A DNA stretch of 64,000 nt from Planctomycetota bacterium (GTDB lineage Bacteria; Planctomycetota; UBA1135; UBA2386). The notes below the pieces were generated by a model. It was not told the origin of the DNA. It saw only the letters and a list, made by a program, of their open reading frames with translations, and searched no databases. Where the stretch lies: contig JAHBXX010000007.1 of assembly GCA_019636245.1 (NCBI GenBank), positions 12,796 to 76,795 on the forward strand, given 5' to 3'. A program made the translations under genes and the position numbers. Below, in pieces: positions 41,781 to 51,334 of the stretch (positions are counted from its first letter, which is position 1; the number at the start of each line of letters is the position of its first letter).

Positions 41781-42059
41781 TCAGCGCGCGGCGCCGGCGA
41801 TCTGGCGTCCGGCCGCGAACACCGCGGCGAACACCTCGCGCAGGCATGCGGCCGGACAGCCGTCCGCCGGGGCCGCGGCCAGGATCCGCGCCAGCATCTC
41901 GGCCTCGCGGGCCGGATCGACGGCGGGCAGCCCGCGGGCGTGCTTCCAGGCGCCGATCGTGTGCACCAGGCGCGCCCGTTCGTGCAGCACGGCGGCGAGG
42001 CGGAGGTTGCAGACGTCCATAGCCGCGCGCCAGCGCGCCAGTTGCTCGTGGTCTTCCAT
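41781..42059 (-). CDS. Chorismate mutase (AroQ class, small)
   Basis: ORF 41781..42077(-) begins with GTG; the ATG at 42059 gives MEDHEQLARWRAAMDVCNLRLAAVLHERARLVHTIGAWK..., the helical-bundle CM_2 pattern. Confidence 0.65.
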   Translation of the reverse strand: MEDHEQLARWRAAMDVCNLRLAAVLHERARLVHTIGAWKHARGLPAVDPAREAEMLARILAAAPADGCPAACLREVFAAVFAAGRQIAGAAR

Positions 42060-42120
42060 GCGCCGGGTCCCTGGCACCCGGTTGCGGGTGCGTCGTCGCT
42101 GCGGATACTACCCGCCGCCG

Positions 42121-44730
42121 ATGTCCGGCCGTCCGCGCAAACCCGAGGTGCTCGCGCCCGCCGGCTCGCTGCCGGCGCTGCGCGCCGCCCTGCAGCATGG
42201 CGCCGACGCGGTCTACTTCGGCCTGCAGGACGGCTTCAACGCGCGGGCGCGTGCGGCGAACTTCGCGCTGGCCGACCTGCCGGCCGTGGTCGCCCGCTGC
42301 CACCGGGCCGGTGCGCGCGCCTACGTCACCCTGAACACGCTGGTGTTCGAACCGGAGCTGCCGGCGCTGGAGCGCGTGCTGCGGGCCATCGCCGCGGCCG
42401 GGGTCGACGCCCTGATCGTGCAGGATCCGGCCGTGTGCCTGCTCGCGCACGCGGTCTGCCCGGAACTCGAACTGCACGCCAGCACGCAGATGACGATCGC
42501 CGAGCCGGCGGCGGCGGCGTTCGCCGCCGGGCTCGGGGTCCGGCGCATCGTCGTGCCACGCGAACTGTCGGTCGACGAGATCCGCGCGTTCGCCGCCGGC
42601 ACGCCGCTCGAGCTCGAGGTGTTCGTGCACGGGGCGCTCTGCGTGTCGTGGAGCGGGCAGTGCCTGACCAGCGAGGCGTGGGGCGGCCGCTCGGCGAATC
42701 GCGGCCAGTGCGCCCAGAGCTGCCGCATGCCCTATGAGCTGGTCCTCGACGGCGAGCGGCGCGACCTCGGGGACGTGCAGTACCTGCTGAGTCCGAAGGA
42801 CCTCGCCGGCGTGCGCGCCGTGCCCGATCTGCTGGCGATCGGCGTGCACGGCCTGAAGATCGAGGGCCGGCAGAAGGGGCCCGCCTACGTCGCGACGGCC
42901 ACCGGTGGCTATCGGCGCTGGGTCGATTCGCTGGCGGCGGACGGCGACCGCAAGGCCGCCGAACGCCAGCTCGCCCAGGATCTGCTGGCGATGTCGCTGG
43001 CCTACTCGCGCGGCTTCTCGGACGGCTTCCTCGGCGGCAGCGACCACCAGGCCCTGGTCGAAGGCCGCTTCCCGAAACACCGCGGCGTGCTGGTCGGCCG
43101 CGTCGTGCAGAAGGAGGGCAACGCAGTGCTGGTGCTCCCGGATCCCGAGGGCCGGCCGTGGACGGGCGCGCTGGCGCTGCGGCAGCGGCCGCCGGGGCCG
43201 ACCGGCGAGCGCAGCGCCGAGCTCGCTCCGGCCGGCGAACAGGCAGCGCTCGAACTGCGGCCCGGCATGGGCGTCGTGTTCGACCAGGGCGAGCCGGAGG
43301 ACCAGCACGAACCCGGCGGCGCGCTCTTCCACGTCGAGCGGCGCGGCGGCGCGCTGCGCCTGGGCTTCGGCCAGCCGGGCCCCGACCTGGCCAGGGTGCG
43401 CGTCGGCGACCGGGTGTGGGCGACCAGCGACCCGGTGCTGGCCGCGGCGGTCCAGCGCGAGGTGCGCGAGACCGCGCCGGAACCCGAAGGGCGCCTGCCG
43501 ATCGACCTGCAGGTCGCGGGCCGGGCGGGCGAGCCCCTGGTGGTGCACGCGCTCTGCGGCGGGCACGTGGCCGTGGCAGCGACAGCCGTGCCGCTGCAGC
43601 CGGCGCGCGGCGCCGGACTGGAGGCCGGGCTGCTGGCGGACAAGGTCGGGGCGTTCGGGGGCACGCCGTTCCGGTTGGGGCGGCTCGACGTGTCCCGGTT
43701 GGCGCCCGGCCTGCACGCGCCGGCGAGCGAGCTGAAGGAACTGCGACGCCGTCTGGTCGCCGCCCTGCTGCCGGCGATCGAGCGCGGTCCGGAACGACGG
43801 CTCGAGGCACGACCGGCGCTGCCGCGGGTGCGCGAGTCGCAGGCGGGCTTGGACCCGCTGCCGGCGGGGGAGCCGGCGCTGGTGCCGCTGGTCCGCAGCG
43901 AGACGCAGCTCGAGGCGGCGTTGGCCGGCGGTTGCGCCGAGGTCGAACTCGACTGGATGGAGTTCACCGGGCTCGGGCGCGCCGTCGACCGCGCCCGCCG
44001 CGCGGGCGCTCGCATCACGCTCGCCACGACGCGGGTCGGGAAACCCGGCGAGGAAGCGCTGGTCGAGCGCCTCCGGCGGCTGGCCCCGGACGCGATCCTG
44101 GTGCGCCACCTCGGCGCCCTGATGCGCTGCCTCGAGTTCCGGGCGGCGGGGGATCGCTTCCGCCTGCACGGCGACTTCTCGCTCAACGCGACCAACTCGC
44201 TGACCGCGCGCCACCTGCTCGGGCTCGGGCTCGACACGATCACGGCGGCGTTCGACCTCGACGAGGCGCAGCTCGCGGCGCTGGCGGCCGCCGTGCCGGG
44301 GGGGCGGCTCGCCGTGGTCGTGCAGCACCGCATCCCGACCTTCCACACCGAGCATTGCGTCTATGCGCACCTGCTGAGCCAGGGCCGCGACTACCGGTCG
44401 TGCGGACGACCTTGCGAGCGGCACCAGCTGGCCCTGCGGGACCACCAGGGGCGCGAGCATCCGGTGATCGTCGACGTGGGGTGCCGCAACACCGTCTTCC
44501 ACCATGCGCCGCAGCAGAGCGCGGCCTGGGTCGGCGGCCTGCTCGCCCAGGGCGTGCGCCGGTTCCGGGTCGAGTTCGTGCGCGAGGGGGCGGCGGAGGT
44601 CGAACGCACGCTGGCTGCCTGGCGTGACCTGCTGGCGGGTCGTGCGGATGCCGAGGGCCTGGCGCGCCGCACCGGCGCGACCAGCCAGTTCGGCGTCGCC
44701 CAGGGCGGCATGCGCCTGCTGGCCGAGTGA
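42121..44730 (+). CDS. Peptidase U32 family protein with a long C-terminal extension, 869 aa
   Basis: The internal ATG of ORF 41959..44730(+) at codon 55 begins the gene. EVLAPAGS, NTLVFE, the U32 signature ELEVFVHGALCVSWSGQC, and GLKIEGRQK are present. Confidence 0.85.
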   Translation: MSGRPRKPEVLAPAGSLPALRAALQHGADAVYFGLQDGFNARARAANFALADLPAVVARCHRAGARAYVTLNTLVFEPELPALERVLRAIAAAGVDALIVQDPAVCLLAHAVCPELELHASTQMTIAEPAAAAFAAGLGVRRIVVPRELSVDEIRAFAAGTPLELEVFVHGALCVSWSGQCLTSEAWGGRSANRGQCAQSCRMPYELVLDGERRDLGDVQYLLSPKDLAGVRAVPDLLAIGVHGLKIEGRQKGPAYVATATGGYRRWVDSLAADGDRKAAERQLAQDLLAMSLAYSRGFSDGFLGGSDHQALVEGRFPKHRGVLVGRVVQKEGNAVLVLPDPEGRPWTGALALRQRPPGPTGERSAELAPAGEQAALELRPGMGVVFDQGEPEDQHEPGGALFHVERRGGALRLGFGQPGPDLARVRVGDRVWATSDPVLAAAVQREVRETAPEPEGRLPIDLQVAGRAGEPLVVHALCGGHVAVAATAVPLQPARGAGLEAGLLADKVGAFGGTPFRLGRLDVSRLAPGLHAPASELKELRRRLVAALLPAIERGPERRLEARPALPRVRESQAGLDPLPAGEPALVPLVRSETQLEAALAGGCAEVELDWMEFTGLGRAVDRARRAGARITLATTRVGKPGEEALVERLRRLAPDAILVRHLGALMRCLEFRAAGDRFRLHGDFSLNATNSLTARHLLGLGLDTITAAFDLDEAQLAALAAAVPGGRLAVVVQHRIPTFHTEHCVYAHLLSQGRDYRSCGRPCERHQLALRDHQGREHPVIVDVGCRNTVFHHAPQQSAAWVGGLLAQGVRRFRVEFVREGAAEVERTLAAWRDLLAGRADAEGLARRTGATSQFGVAQGGMRLLAE

Positions 44731-44779
44731 GGCGACCCGTGGCCGGGGAGCTGGCGCCGCCGGCGGCCGCGAGTGCGCC

Positions 44780-45214
44780 TCAGGCGTCGCCGGGCGGCTT
44801 GGGGGCCGCCGGCGCGGCCGCCGCGCCCAGCCGGCGGAGGAAGCCGCAGTAGCTGGCGGCGAACGCGCACGCGGCATGCCAGGCCGTGCGCAGCGCCCAG
44901 CTGGTCTCGCTCGGCCGGTGGGGTTCGAGCACCAGCTCGAACACGCCCCCGAACAGCGCGGCGAGCCCGCCGACCAGGGCCGCGGCGATCGTCGCCAGGG
45001 CGACCGGATTGCTGCCCGCCGGCAGCGCGGGCAGCGGCCGCGGCGGGCGCAGCCGTCGGCCCAGCGTCGACAGGGCCGCGGCGGCGGCGGCGACGACGAG
45101 CAGTTCGAACGGCGTCAGCGCGCGGCCGCGGAAGTGGGCGACCCCGGCCACCCACAGCACGGCGATGGCGAGCGGCAGCAGCGCCAGCAGGCGGCGGAAC
45201 CAGGTCGGCCCCAT
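44780..45214 (-). CDS. Hypothetical membrane protein, 144 aa
   Basis: ORF 44780..45214(-). Three or four hydrophobic segments are present (LLALLPLAIAVLWVAGV, LLVVAAAAAAL, ALATIAAALVGGLAALFGGV). It lies 9 nt downstream of the DsrE-like gene on the same strand. Confidence 0.4.
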   Translation of the reverse strand: MGPTWFRRLLALLPLAIAVLWVAGVAHFRGRALTPFELLVVAAAAAALSTLGRRLRPPRPLPALPAGSNPVALATIAAALVGGLAALFGGVFELVLEPHRPSETSWALRTAWHAACAFAASYCGFLRRLGAAAAPAAPKPPGDA

Positions 45215-45223
45215 GGCGCCACG

Positions 45224-45550
45224 CTACAGGGTGATGACCTTCGCCGCGCGGCCGAGTTCGCGCACGATCGTGTCCATGTCGGACACGGCGCCGACGGCCG
45301 GCGTGATGCCGTAGTGGGCGAGACAGGTGCCGCAGGGCAGCACGTCGACGCCGCGTTCCTCGAGCAGGCGCAGTTCGGCGAGCACCGGCGAGTCCGGCGC
45401 GACCAGGCGCACGCCGGCGTTGTAGCAGGCGATCGCGGCCAGGCCCGGCAGGGTGATGGCCTTCCTCAGGAACGTGCCCAGGACCTTCTGGCCGAGTTGC
45501 CGGTCGCCGTGGCCCATCTGGTCCTGGTTCAGGACGAGGATCGTGTCCAT
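45224..45550 (-). CDS. DsrE/DsrF-like (YedF C-terminal-like) small protein, 108 aa
   Basis: These are the last 108 codons of ORF 45224..46015(-). Sequence reads MDTILVLNQDQMGHGDRQLGQKVLGTFLRK...VDVLPCGTCLAHYG. The family call is by resemblance only. Confidence 0.5.
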   Translation of the reverse strand: MDTILVLNQDQMGHGDRQLGQKVLGTFLRKAITLPGLAAIACYNAGVRLVAPDSPVLAELRLLEERGVDVLPCGTCLAHYGITPAVGAVSDMDTIVRELGRAAKVITL

Positions 45551-45659
45551 CGGCGCATCGTCGGCCTGCCGCCGGCGCGGCGCCAGCACCGAACAACGCG
45601 CTTCCGCCCCGACCGTGGCCTCCGTAGCCTCTCGGCCCTCTGCTCCGCAGGCATCCCCC

Positions 45660-46925
45660 ATGAACGTACTCGTCGTCGGCTCCGGTGGCCGGGAGCACGC
45701 GCTGTGCTGGAAGATCCGTCGCTCGCCGCTGGTGCGGCGCCTGTTCTGCGCCCCGGGCAATCCCGGTACGGCAGCCGTCGCCGACAACGTCGACCTCGCC
45801 GCCGACGACCTGCAGGGGCTGGTGCGCTTCGCCACCGACGAGAAGATCGACCTGACGGTGGTGGGGCCCGAGGGGCCGTTGTGCCTCGGCATCGTCGACG
45901 TGTTCCGCCAGCACCAGCGCCTCTGCTTCGGTCCCGACAAGGCGGCGGCGGAGATCGAGGGCAGCAAGGCGTTCGCGCGCGAACTGTGCCGTCGCCACCG
46001 CATCCCCGGGCCCAACTACTGGACCTTCGACGACCACGTGCAGGCGCGCGCGTTCCTCGACAACCGCGAGGACGGGCCGATCGTCGTCAAGGCGTCGGGG
46101 CTGGCGGCCGGCAAGGGCGTCACGGTGTGCCGCACGAGCGCCGAAGCCAAGGTCGCCGCCATCGACTGCCTGGAGAAGAACCGGTTCGGCAGCGCCGGGG
46201 CGACGGTGGTGTTCGAGGAGTTCCTCGAGGGCCAGGAGGTGTCGCTGATCACCCTGACCGACGGCCAGACGATCGTGCCGCTCGAGCCCGCCCGCGACCA
46301 CAAGGCCGTGGCCGACGGCGACAAGGGGCCCAACACCGGCGGCATGGGCGTGGTCACGCCGGTGGCGCTGATGCCGCGCATGGCGGCGCAGATCGAGAGC
46401 CAGATCGTGTTCCCGACCGTGCACGCGATGAACCGCGAAGGACGCCCGTTCCGCGGCTTCCTCTACGCCGGCCTGATGCTGACCGCGCAGGGGCCACGGG
46501 TGCTGGAGTACAACTGCCGGCTCGGCGATCCCGAGACGCAGCCGCTGCTGCTGCGGCTGCAGAGCGACCTGGTGCCCTACCTGCTGGCGACCGCGGAAGG
46601 GCGCCTGGCCAGCCTCGAGGCGCCGGTCTGGGACCCGCGCGTCGCCGTCTGCGTCGTGGCCTGCAGCGGCGGCTATCCCGGCGACTACCGCCAGGGCCTG
46701 CCGATCTTCGGTCTCGACCGGGTCGAGACCGCCGACGACCTGCAGGTCTTCCACGCCGGCACCACCCGCAAGGGCGGCGACCTGCTCACCGCCGGCGGGC
46801 GGGTGCTGGCCGTGACCGCTCTCGGCACCGACGTCGAGGCCGCCCGAGCCCGCGCGTACGCCGCGTTGCAGCGGATCGAGTTCGCCGGCATGCACTACCG
46901 CACCGACATCGGTCGACGCCCGTGA
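45660..46925 (+). CDS. purD: Phosphoribosylamine--glycine ligase
   Basis: The internal ATG of ORF 45453..46925(+) at codon 70 begins the gene. MNVLVVGSGGREHALCWK, ASGLAAGKGV, GPNTGGMG and EYNCRLGDPE are present. Confidence 0.95.
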   Translation: MNVLVVGSGGREHALCWKIRRSPLVRRLFCAPGNPGTAAVADNVDLAADDLQGLVRFATDEKIDLTVVGPEGPLCLGIVDVFRQHQRLCFGPDKAAAEIEGSKAFARELCRRHRIPGPNYWTFDDHVQARAFLDNREDGPIVVKASGLAAGKGVTVCRTSAEAKVAAIDCLEKNRFGSAGATVVFEEFLEGQEVSLITLTDGQTIVPLEPARDHKAVADGDKGPNTGGMGVVTPVALMPRMAAQIESQIVFPTVHAMNREGRPFRGFLYAGLMLTAQGPRVLEYNCRLGDPETQPLLLRLQSDLVPYLLATAEGRLASLEAPVWDPRVAVCVVACSGGYPGDYRQGLPIFGLDRVETADDLQVFHAGTTRKGGDLLTAGGRVLAVTALGTDVEAARARAYAALQRIEFAGMHYRTDIGRRP

Positions 46926-46926
46926 G

Positions 46927-47409
46927 ATGCCCGCGGCAGCGCAGTATCCTGCGGCGACGGTGAAGCCCGAGCCGGAACAGCGCATCGTCGAGCGCCACCT
47001 GCGCCAGCGTGGCTTCCGGTGGACGAGCCAGCGCGCGCTGATCGTGCGCACCGCGCTGGCCACCCACGACCACTTCACCGCCGACCAGCTGCTGCTGCGC
47101 TGTCGCCGGTCCGATCCGCGCGTGTCCCGGGCCACGGTCTACCGCACGCTGACGGTGCTCGAGCAGGCCGGGGTCGTCGCCGGGCTGGAGACGGGCGATG
47201 GCGGCCGTCGCTTCGAGCACGTGATCGGTCACGACCACCACGACCACATGGTGTGCCGCGTGTGCGAGCGGATCTTCGAGTTCTGCGACCAGGAACTCGA
47301 GCGGCGCCAGGAGGCGGCGGCGCGCCGGATCGGCTTCCGGATCGAGCGCCACAGCCTGCGCATCCACGGCGTCTGCCGGGCGTGCCAGCGCGGGCGGCAG
47401 GACGGCTGA
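46927..47409 (+). CDS. fur: Fur family transcriptional regulator
   Basis: ORF 46927..47409(+), 160 aa, starting 1 nt after the purD stop. The winged-helix region contains RATVYRTL. The metal sites are HDHHDHMVCRVC and HGVCRAC. Confidence 0.85.
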   Translation: MPAAAQYPAATVKPEPEQRIVERHLRQRGFRWTSQRALIVRTALATHDHFTADQLLLRCRRSDPRVSRATVYRTLTVLEQAGVVAGLETGDGGRRFEHVIGHDHHDHMVCRVCERIFEFCDQELERRQEAAARRIGFRIERHSLRIHGVCRACQRGRQDG

Positions 47410-47410
47410 C

Positions 47411-48802
<1,392 letters not shown>

Positions 48803-48846
48803 GAGCCCGGGAGGGAATCAGGTACGCGCTCTCGGGATGCCATCTG

Positions 48847-48866
48847 GCGGCCGCCTGCGCGGCCGC
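48847..48866. terminator. Strong GC hairpin at the core of a longer imperfect palindrome between convergent genes
   Basis: GCGGCCGC - ctgc - GCGGCCGC consists of two self-complementary octamers that form an 8-bp stem. It is flanked by imperfect outer arms (GGGAGGGAATC at 48809-48819 against GATTCTCCCTCC at 48883-48894). It sits between the stop at 48802 (+) and the stop at 48955 (-). Confidence 0.35.
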
Positions 48867-48954
48867 GCAGAGCTCTCGAGCGGATTCTCCCTCCAGCTCC
48901 GAGCCGCTCCTCGGCGCGCGGCCGGGTCGCGCTCCCTGGCGCCGGGGAGGCCGG

Positions 48955-49731
48955 TCAGGGCGCCTTCGCCATCGCCTGGCGTTCGCCGAGCAGCACGCTC
49001 GCCTTGCGGGGCGGCAGCAGGTGGCTGGCCGCGCCGGCGCGCACGCGGGCGACGGCCTCGTCGACGTCGTCGGTCAGCAGCAGGCGGTCGAGGTCCTTGG
49101 CGTCGATCGTCCCCATCGCCACCATGCGGTCGCGCAGGAAGGCGAGCAGCGGCTGCCAGTAGTCGACGCCCATCAGCACGAGCGGGAAGTCCTCGATCTT
49201 GCCGGTCTGGATCAGCGTCGCCGCTTCGAACAGTTCGTCCATCGTGCCGAAGCCGCCGGGCAACACGACGAAGGCATAGCTGTACTTCACCAGCATGACC
49301 TTGCGGACGAAGAAGTAGCGGAACTCGACGAAGCGATCGAGGTAGGGGTTCGGCTGCTGCTCGTGCGGCAGCGTGATGTTGCAGCCGACGCTGAGCCCGC
49401 CGCCGTCACGGGCGCCGCGGTTGGCGGCCTCCATGACGCCGGGGCCGCCGCCGGTGAGGATCGTGAAGCCGGCGCGGGCGAGTTCGGCGCCGAGCCGTCG
49501 CGCCAGCCGGTAGTGCGGATGGTCCTCGCCGAAGCGGGCCGAGCCGAACACGGTCACGCAGGGCGGCAGGAAGTGAAGCGCGCGGAAACCCTTGATGAAC
49601 TCGGCGCCGATGCGCAGCACGCGCGCCAGCTCGGCGAAGCGGCTGCGCGGGCCGGCGAGGAAGCGGCGCTCGGCGGGGTCGCGGGACCGGTGGCCCCAGT
49701 CGGGATCGACGCGATCGTCGGGCCTCGTCAC
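48955..49731 (-). CDS. LOG family (TIGR00730-type) nucleotide 5'-monophosphate nucleosidase / lysine-decarboxylase-like protein, 258 aa
   Basis: Lies inside ORF 48955..50067(-). The GTG at 49731 overlaps the upstream stop as GTGA. Motifs are [21 protein letters not shown] and [12 protein letters not shown] (PGGxGTxxE). Confidence 0.85.
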   Translation of the reverse strand: MTRPDDRVDPDWGHRSRDPAERRFLAGPRSRFAELARVLRIGAEFIKGFRALHFLPPCVTVFGSARFGEDHPHYRLARRLGAELARAGFTILTGGGPGVMEAANRGARDGGGLSVGCNITLPHEQQPNPYLDRFVEFRYFFVRKVMLVKYSYAFVVLPGGFGTMDELFEAATLIQTGKIEDFPLVLMGVDYWQPLLAFLRDRMVAMGTIDAKDLDRLLLTDDVDEAVARVRAGAASHLLPPRKASVLLGERQAMAKAP

Positions 49732-50249
49732 GGCGCCTCCGCGGCGGCGAAGTGCACGGCGAACACCGGCGTCAGCGGAAAGGCCCGGCGCATCGCCGTC
49801 GGGTCGTTGTCGCGCAGGGCGGCGACGGTCGCGGCGTCGACCGGCGCGACCGTGGGCGGTGCCAGGTGCATCGCGGGCACCAGGGTGGCGAAGGGGGTCA
49901 GCGACGCGAGCCAGCCGAGCGGGCCGGCCATCACCGACGTGTCCGATTGCACCACGCTGGTGGCGGCGATCGCGGTGCTGAACAGGATGTCGACCGGCTC
50001 GAGCAAGAGGCCGAACACCACCTGCTGCACGAGGCCGATGTCCCAGGTCTCCTCGTTGCCGTCCCACAGGAGGCCATGCGGGACGTGGTAGTCGACGCGC
50101 ACGGCGTGACGCTCGCCGTCGGGCAGCGCCAGCACGACGTCCCGGTGCAGGACGAGGAGGCAGCTGCCGCAGGCGCCCTGGGGCAGCACCGCGCCGATCG
50201 CCAGCGCCAGGACCGGCAGCCGCCGGGGGGCGTTGCCGCTACGGCTCAC
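49728..50249 (-). CDS. Hypothetical protein, 173 aa, with an N-terminal hydrophobic segment
   Basis: This is the tail of shadow ORF 49728..51362(-). The GTG at 50249 overlaps the upstream stop as GTGA. Sequence starts [30 protein letters not shown]... G/C third positions are high. No recognisable motif. Confidence 0.4.
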   Translation of the reverse strand: MSRSGNAPRRLPVLALAIGAVLPQGACGSCLLVLHRDVVLALPDGERHAVRVDYHVPHGLLWDGNEETWDIGLVQQVVFGLLLEPVDILFSTAIAATSVVQSDTSVMAGPLGWLASLTPFATLVPAMHLAPPTVAPVDAATVAALRDNDPTAMRRAFPLTPVFAVHFAAAEAP

Positions 50250-50443
50250 TTCTTCTTGGCGCCCTTGCCGCGACCGGTCAGGAGCAGCAGCAGGCCGAGG
50301 CCGGTGCTGCCGCCGCGGATGCCCCACGCCACCCCCTCGCCCCACGAGTCGACCCAGCGCAGCTGCTCGACGCCGGGTTCGACGAAGTGCAGCACCAGCG
50401 TGGCGGCGCCGAACAGGAACAGCAGGAGGCCGAGCAATCGCAT
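50246..50443 (-). CDS. Hypothetical small membrane protein, 65 aa
   Basis: ORF 50246..50479(-). The internal ATG gives MRLLGLLLFLFGAATLVLHF...[18 protein letters not shown], which has two hydrophobic helices and a Lys tail. Confidence 0.4.
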   Translation of the reverse strand: MRLLGLLLFLFGAATLVLHFVEPGVEQLRWVDSWGEGVAWGIRGGSTGLGLLLLLTGRGKGAKKK

Positions 50444-50533
50444 GGCGCGAACGATAGCCGTCCCGTGGCGGCGGCCCAAGCACGCAGTCGCCGGCGGGGG
50501 AGCTGCGCCCCGTCGGGACGCGGTGGCGCGGGC

Positions 50534-51334
50534 TCAGCTCTCCGCGCGCGCGGTGGCCACCATGGTGCGGAACACCACCATGCCGTCGCCATCGGCGGGC
50601 AGCTCGCCGCGGTCGAGCGCCGTGCGGCGCCAGTCCGGCATGTGGGTCGGCAGGTAGCTGCGGTCGGGGTGCGGCATCACGCCCAGCACGCGGCCGCTGT
50701 GGTCGGTCAGCCCGGCGATGCCGAGCGGGGCGCCGTTCGGGTTCTGCGGGTAGTGCTCCGTCGGCCGGCCCTGCTCGTCGACGTAGACCGCGGTCGCGTA
50801 GCCCTCGTCGACCAGGAGCCGCTGCAGCGTGGCGTCGCGCGCGACCAGCCGGCCCTCGCCGTGGGCGGCCGGCCAACGCAGGGTCAGGCCGGCGGGCAGG
50901 AAGGTGCAGCGCGACTTCGTCGTCCGCAGCGTGACCCAGCGGCACTCGTAGTGGCCGCTCAGGTTGTGCGTCAGCGAGACCTCCTCCTCCAGCCGGCCGC
51001 GGGTGCACGGCAGGAGGCCGAGCCGGACAAGCACCTGGAAGCCGTTGCAGATGCCGAGCACGAGGCCGCCGCGGCCGACGAAGCCGAGCAGGCGTGGGCC
51101 GAGCGCGGCCTTCATCTCCTGGGCCAGCACGCGCCCGGAGCCGATGTCGTCGCCGTACGAGAAACCGCCTGGCACCGCCAGGATCGCGTAGCGGTCGAGC
51201 CGCTCCGGAGCGGCGAGCAGCTGGCGGATGTGCACGAACTCCGGCGCGCCCCCGGCGCGCGCGAACGCGTGCAGCGTCTCGCGTTCGCAGTTGATGCCGG
51301 GCGCGCGCAGCACGAGCACCTTGGGCGCGCTCAT
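50534..51334 (-). CDS. purQ: Phosphoribosylformylglycinamidine synthase, glutaminase subunit
   Basis: These are the last 266 codons of shadow ORF 50534..55960(-). MSAPKVLVLRAPGINCE, GGFSYGD, the catalytic Cys in GICNGFQ, and MPHPDR are present. The start overlaps the purL stop as ATGA. Confidence 0.9.
   Translation of the reverse strand: MSAPKVLVLRAPGINCERETLHAFARAGGAPEFVHIRQLLAAPERLDRYAILAVPGGFSYGDDIGSGRVLAQEMKAALGPRLLGFVGRGGLVLGICNGFQVLVRLGLLPCTRGRLEEEVSLTHNLSGHYECRWVTLRTTKSRCTFLPAGLTLRWPAAHGEGRLVARDATLQRLLVDEGYATAVYVDEQGRPTEHYPQNPNGAPLGIAGLTDHSGRVLGVMPHPDRSYLPTHMPDWRRTALDRGELPADGDGMVVFRTMVATARAES

Noticed and set aside
42072-42085. TGGCAC-CCGG-TTGC upstream of the U32 peptidase gene as a sigma54 promoter.
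   Set aside because: The spacer is one nucleotide short of the strictly conserved GG-N10-GC geometry, and the site lies inside the 5' end of the opposite-strand chorismate mutase ORF. I kept it only as a note in a finding.
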